Origin: Owenia fusiformis
Lineage: Eukaryota
Length of the DNA stretch: 64,000 nt
NCBI GenBank assembly: GCA_903813345.2
Contig: CAIIXF020000001.1
Span: 4,216,001 to 4,280,000, forward strand
Direction: 5' to 3'
In this document: in pieces, positions 62,691-64,000 of the stretch
How positions within the stretch are numbered: the first letter of the stretch is position 1
How the letters are laid out: every line of letters begins with the position of its first letter
Program-made: the position numbers and the translations under genes
The notes under the pieces: model-generated
Databases searched by the model: none
Seen by the model: the letters and a program-made list of their open reading frames with translations, nothing else
Told to the model about the DNA's origin: nothing

Positions 62691-64000
62691 TATCCCATGG
62701 TTGCAAGGAGGATATAGATCGAATATCACATGATGATATATTTGATATGTGGATCAAGATATCATATTTTAGCAAACAATTTACAAACCATCGAATATCA
62801 CTTTTAAACTATCGAATATCACATCTTAAATAGAGGATATCCTATGATTTATGAGTGATATGATTTTTATCCACGAATGGATATGATATCTGCACGAGTG
62901 AGCGTAGCGAGAGAGTGCAGATATCAATATCCATAAGTGGATTAAAATCATATCACGAGTAAATCATAGGATGTTCTTTATATTCCATAGTTAAATTCAT
63001 CATCAGAATCGTCGGGAATTAAGTGATTTAAAACGAATTTTCCAAACGATACGGCGATATTGACACTTAGCCTCGTTTTGAGTCTGAAGTAGCAAAAATC
63101 CATAAACCATGGCATACGGCGCCGTATGTCATGGCTAAAAGGCCCCCCCCTAAAACACCGTATGCTATGGTCAAGTGAAAATTTGCCAAAAATATCATAT
63201 TTTACCACTGATTTCAAAAATACCGTTTTTGTTTTGACATGTTATCCTATGGATATCATGCTAACTATGGAATAATATAGGAATATCCTATGGCTCTGAA
63301 AAAATATCACTTATATCCATGAGAGGATATTGATATCTTCGCCTTTGAGTGCAGCGAATGAGTGAAGATACTGATATCCATGAGTGGATATAAGTGATAT
63401 TTTTGAAAAAACATAGGATTGTCCGTTTATCCCATTGGGAATTATTATCCAGCGAACATTGAATAGTCAGATAAATTGCAATGGAAATTCCATTTGGTCT
63501 GACATTTTGATTGCGATAATTCAACGAACGTCATATACGTGACGTAACAGAGTGGTTTGTATTTAATGCGAACGCCGTAAAAACAAGATCCCAAAAAATA
63601 AAAATATATAATAAATATATAAACAATCGTTTTGCTGAATTAATAAAAAAAATTGAAAAAATCAAAACCATCGAATATCACTTTTGAAATCATCGAATAT
63701 CACTTTTGAAACCATCGAATATCACCTTTCAAAAAGTGACATTCGATGGTTTCAAAAGTGATATTCGATGATTTGGGAATTGTTTGCTAAAATATGATCT
63801 TCATCCACGTATCAATTATATCTTCACGTGATATTCTATCTATATCCTTGTAACCATGGGATACATAAGGGTTATGTACTGGGGGGTTTTGGATATGGGG
63901 TTTTTCCAGAGGGAGATATGCATATCTACCTGAGGGACCGTAGGGACAGAAAGTAGATGTGCATATCTCACGAGGGATGAACCCAATATCCAAACCGACC
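62691..64000. repeat. Cluster of nested inverted repeats and hairpins
   Basis: Arms 62691-62830 and 63733-63863; hairpins at 62838-62975 and 63285-63420; inner inverted repeat 62979-63277; 21-bp ATCGAATATCACTTTT units; hairpin at 63880-64000 related to 62165-62285. Confidence 0.7.

Noticed and set aside
63101-63140. Near-palindrome CATGGCATACGGCGCCGTATGTCATG as another P-like scar
   Set aside because: Flanks (CATAAAC, GCTAAAA) are not a direct repeat and it lies inside a larger element.

Overview
AT-rich, intron-rich animal genomic DNA, not prokaryotic. The repeat types suggest a marine lophotrochozoan such as a mollusc (inference only). Six protein-coding genes can be reconstructed exon by exon: TCEA/TFIIS (minus; runs off the left edge; contains an AT-AC minor-spliceosome intron), FAIM (minus), CEP70 (plus; head-to-head with FAIM across about 260 bp), AGXT (plus), LEKR1-like (minus) and the first coding exon of a TESK kinase (plus). 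Introns are packed with non-autonomous DNA transposons, Helentron-type elements and one truncated LINE. The most unusual signals are: a 3.8-kb CAC...GTG element with a 5-bp target duplication and decayed pogo-like coding remnants; 14-30 bp CATG...CATG inserts in 7-bp direct repeats that resemble P-element excision scars; and an excess of TACATGTA, with one site shown by paralog comparison to be a TA to TACATGTA insertion. All gene and family names come from my recognition of motifs, not from database searches. No rRNA, intact tRNA or CRISPR array was seen.
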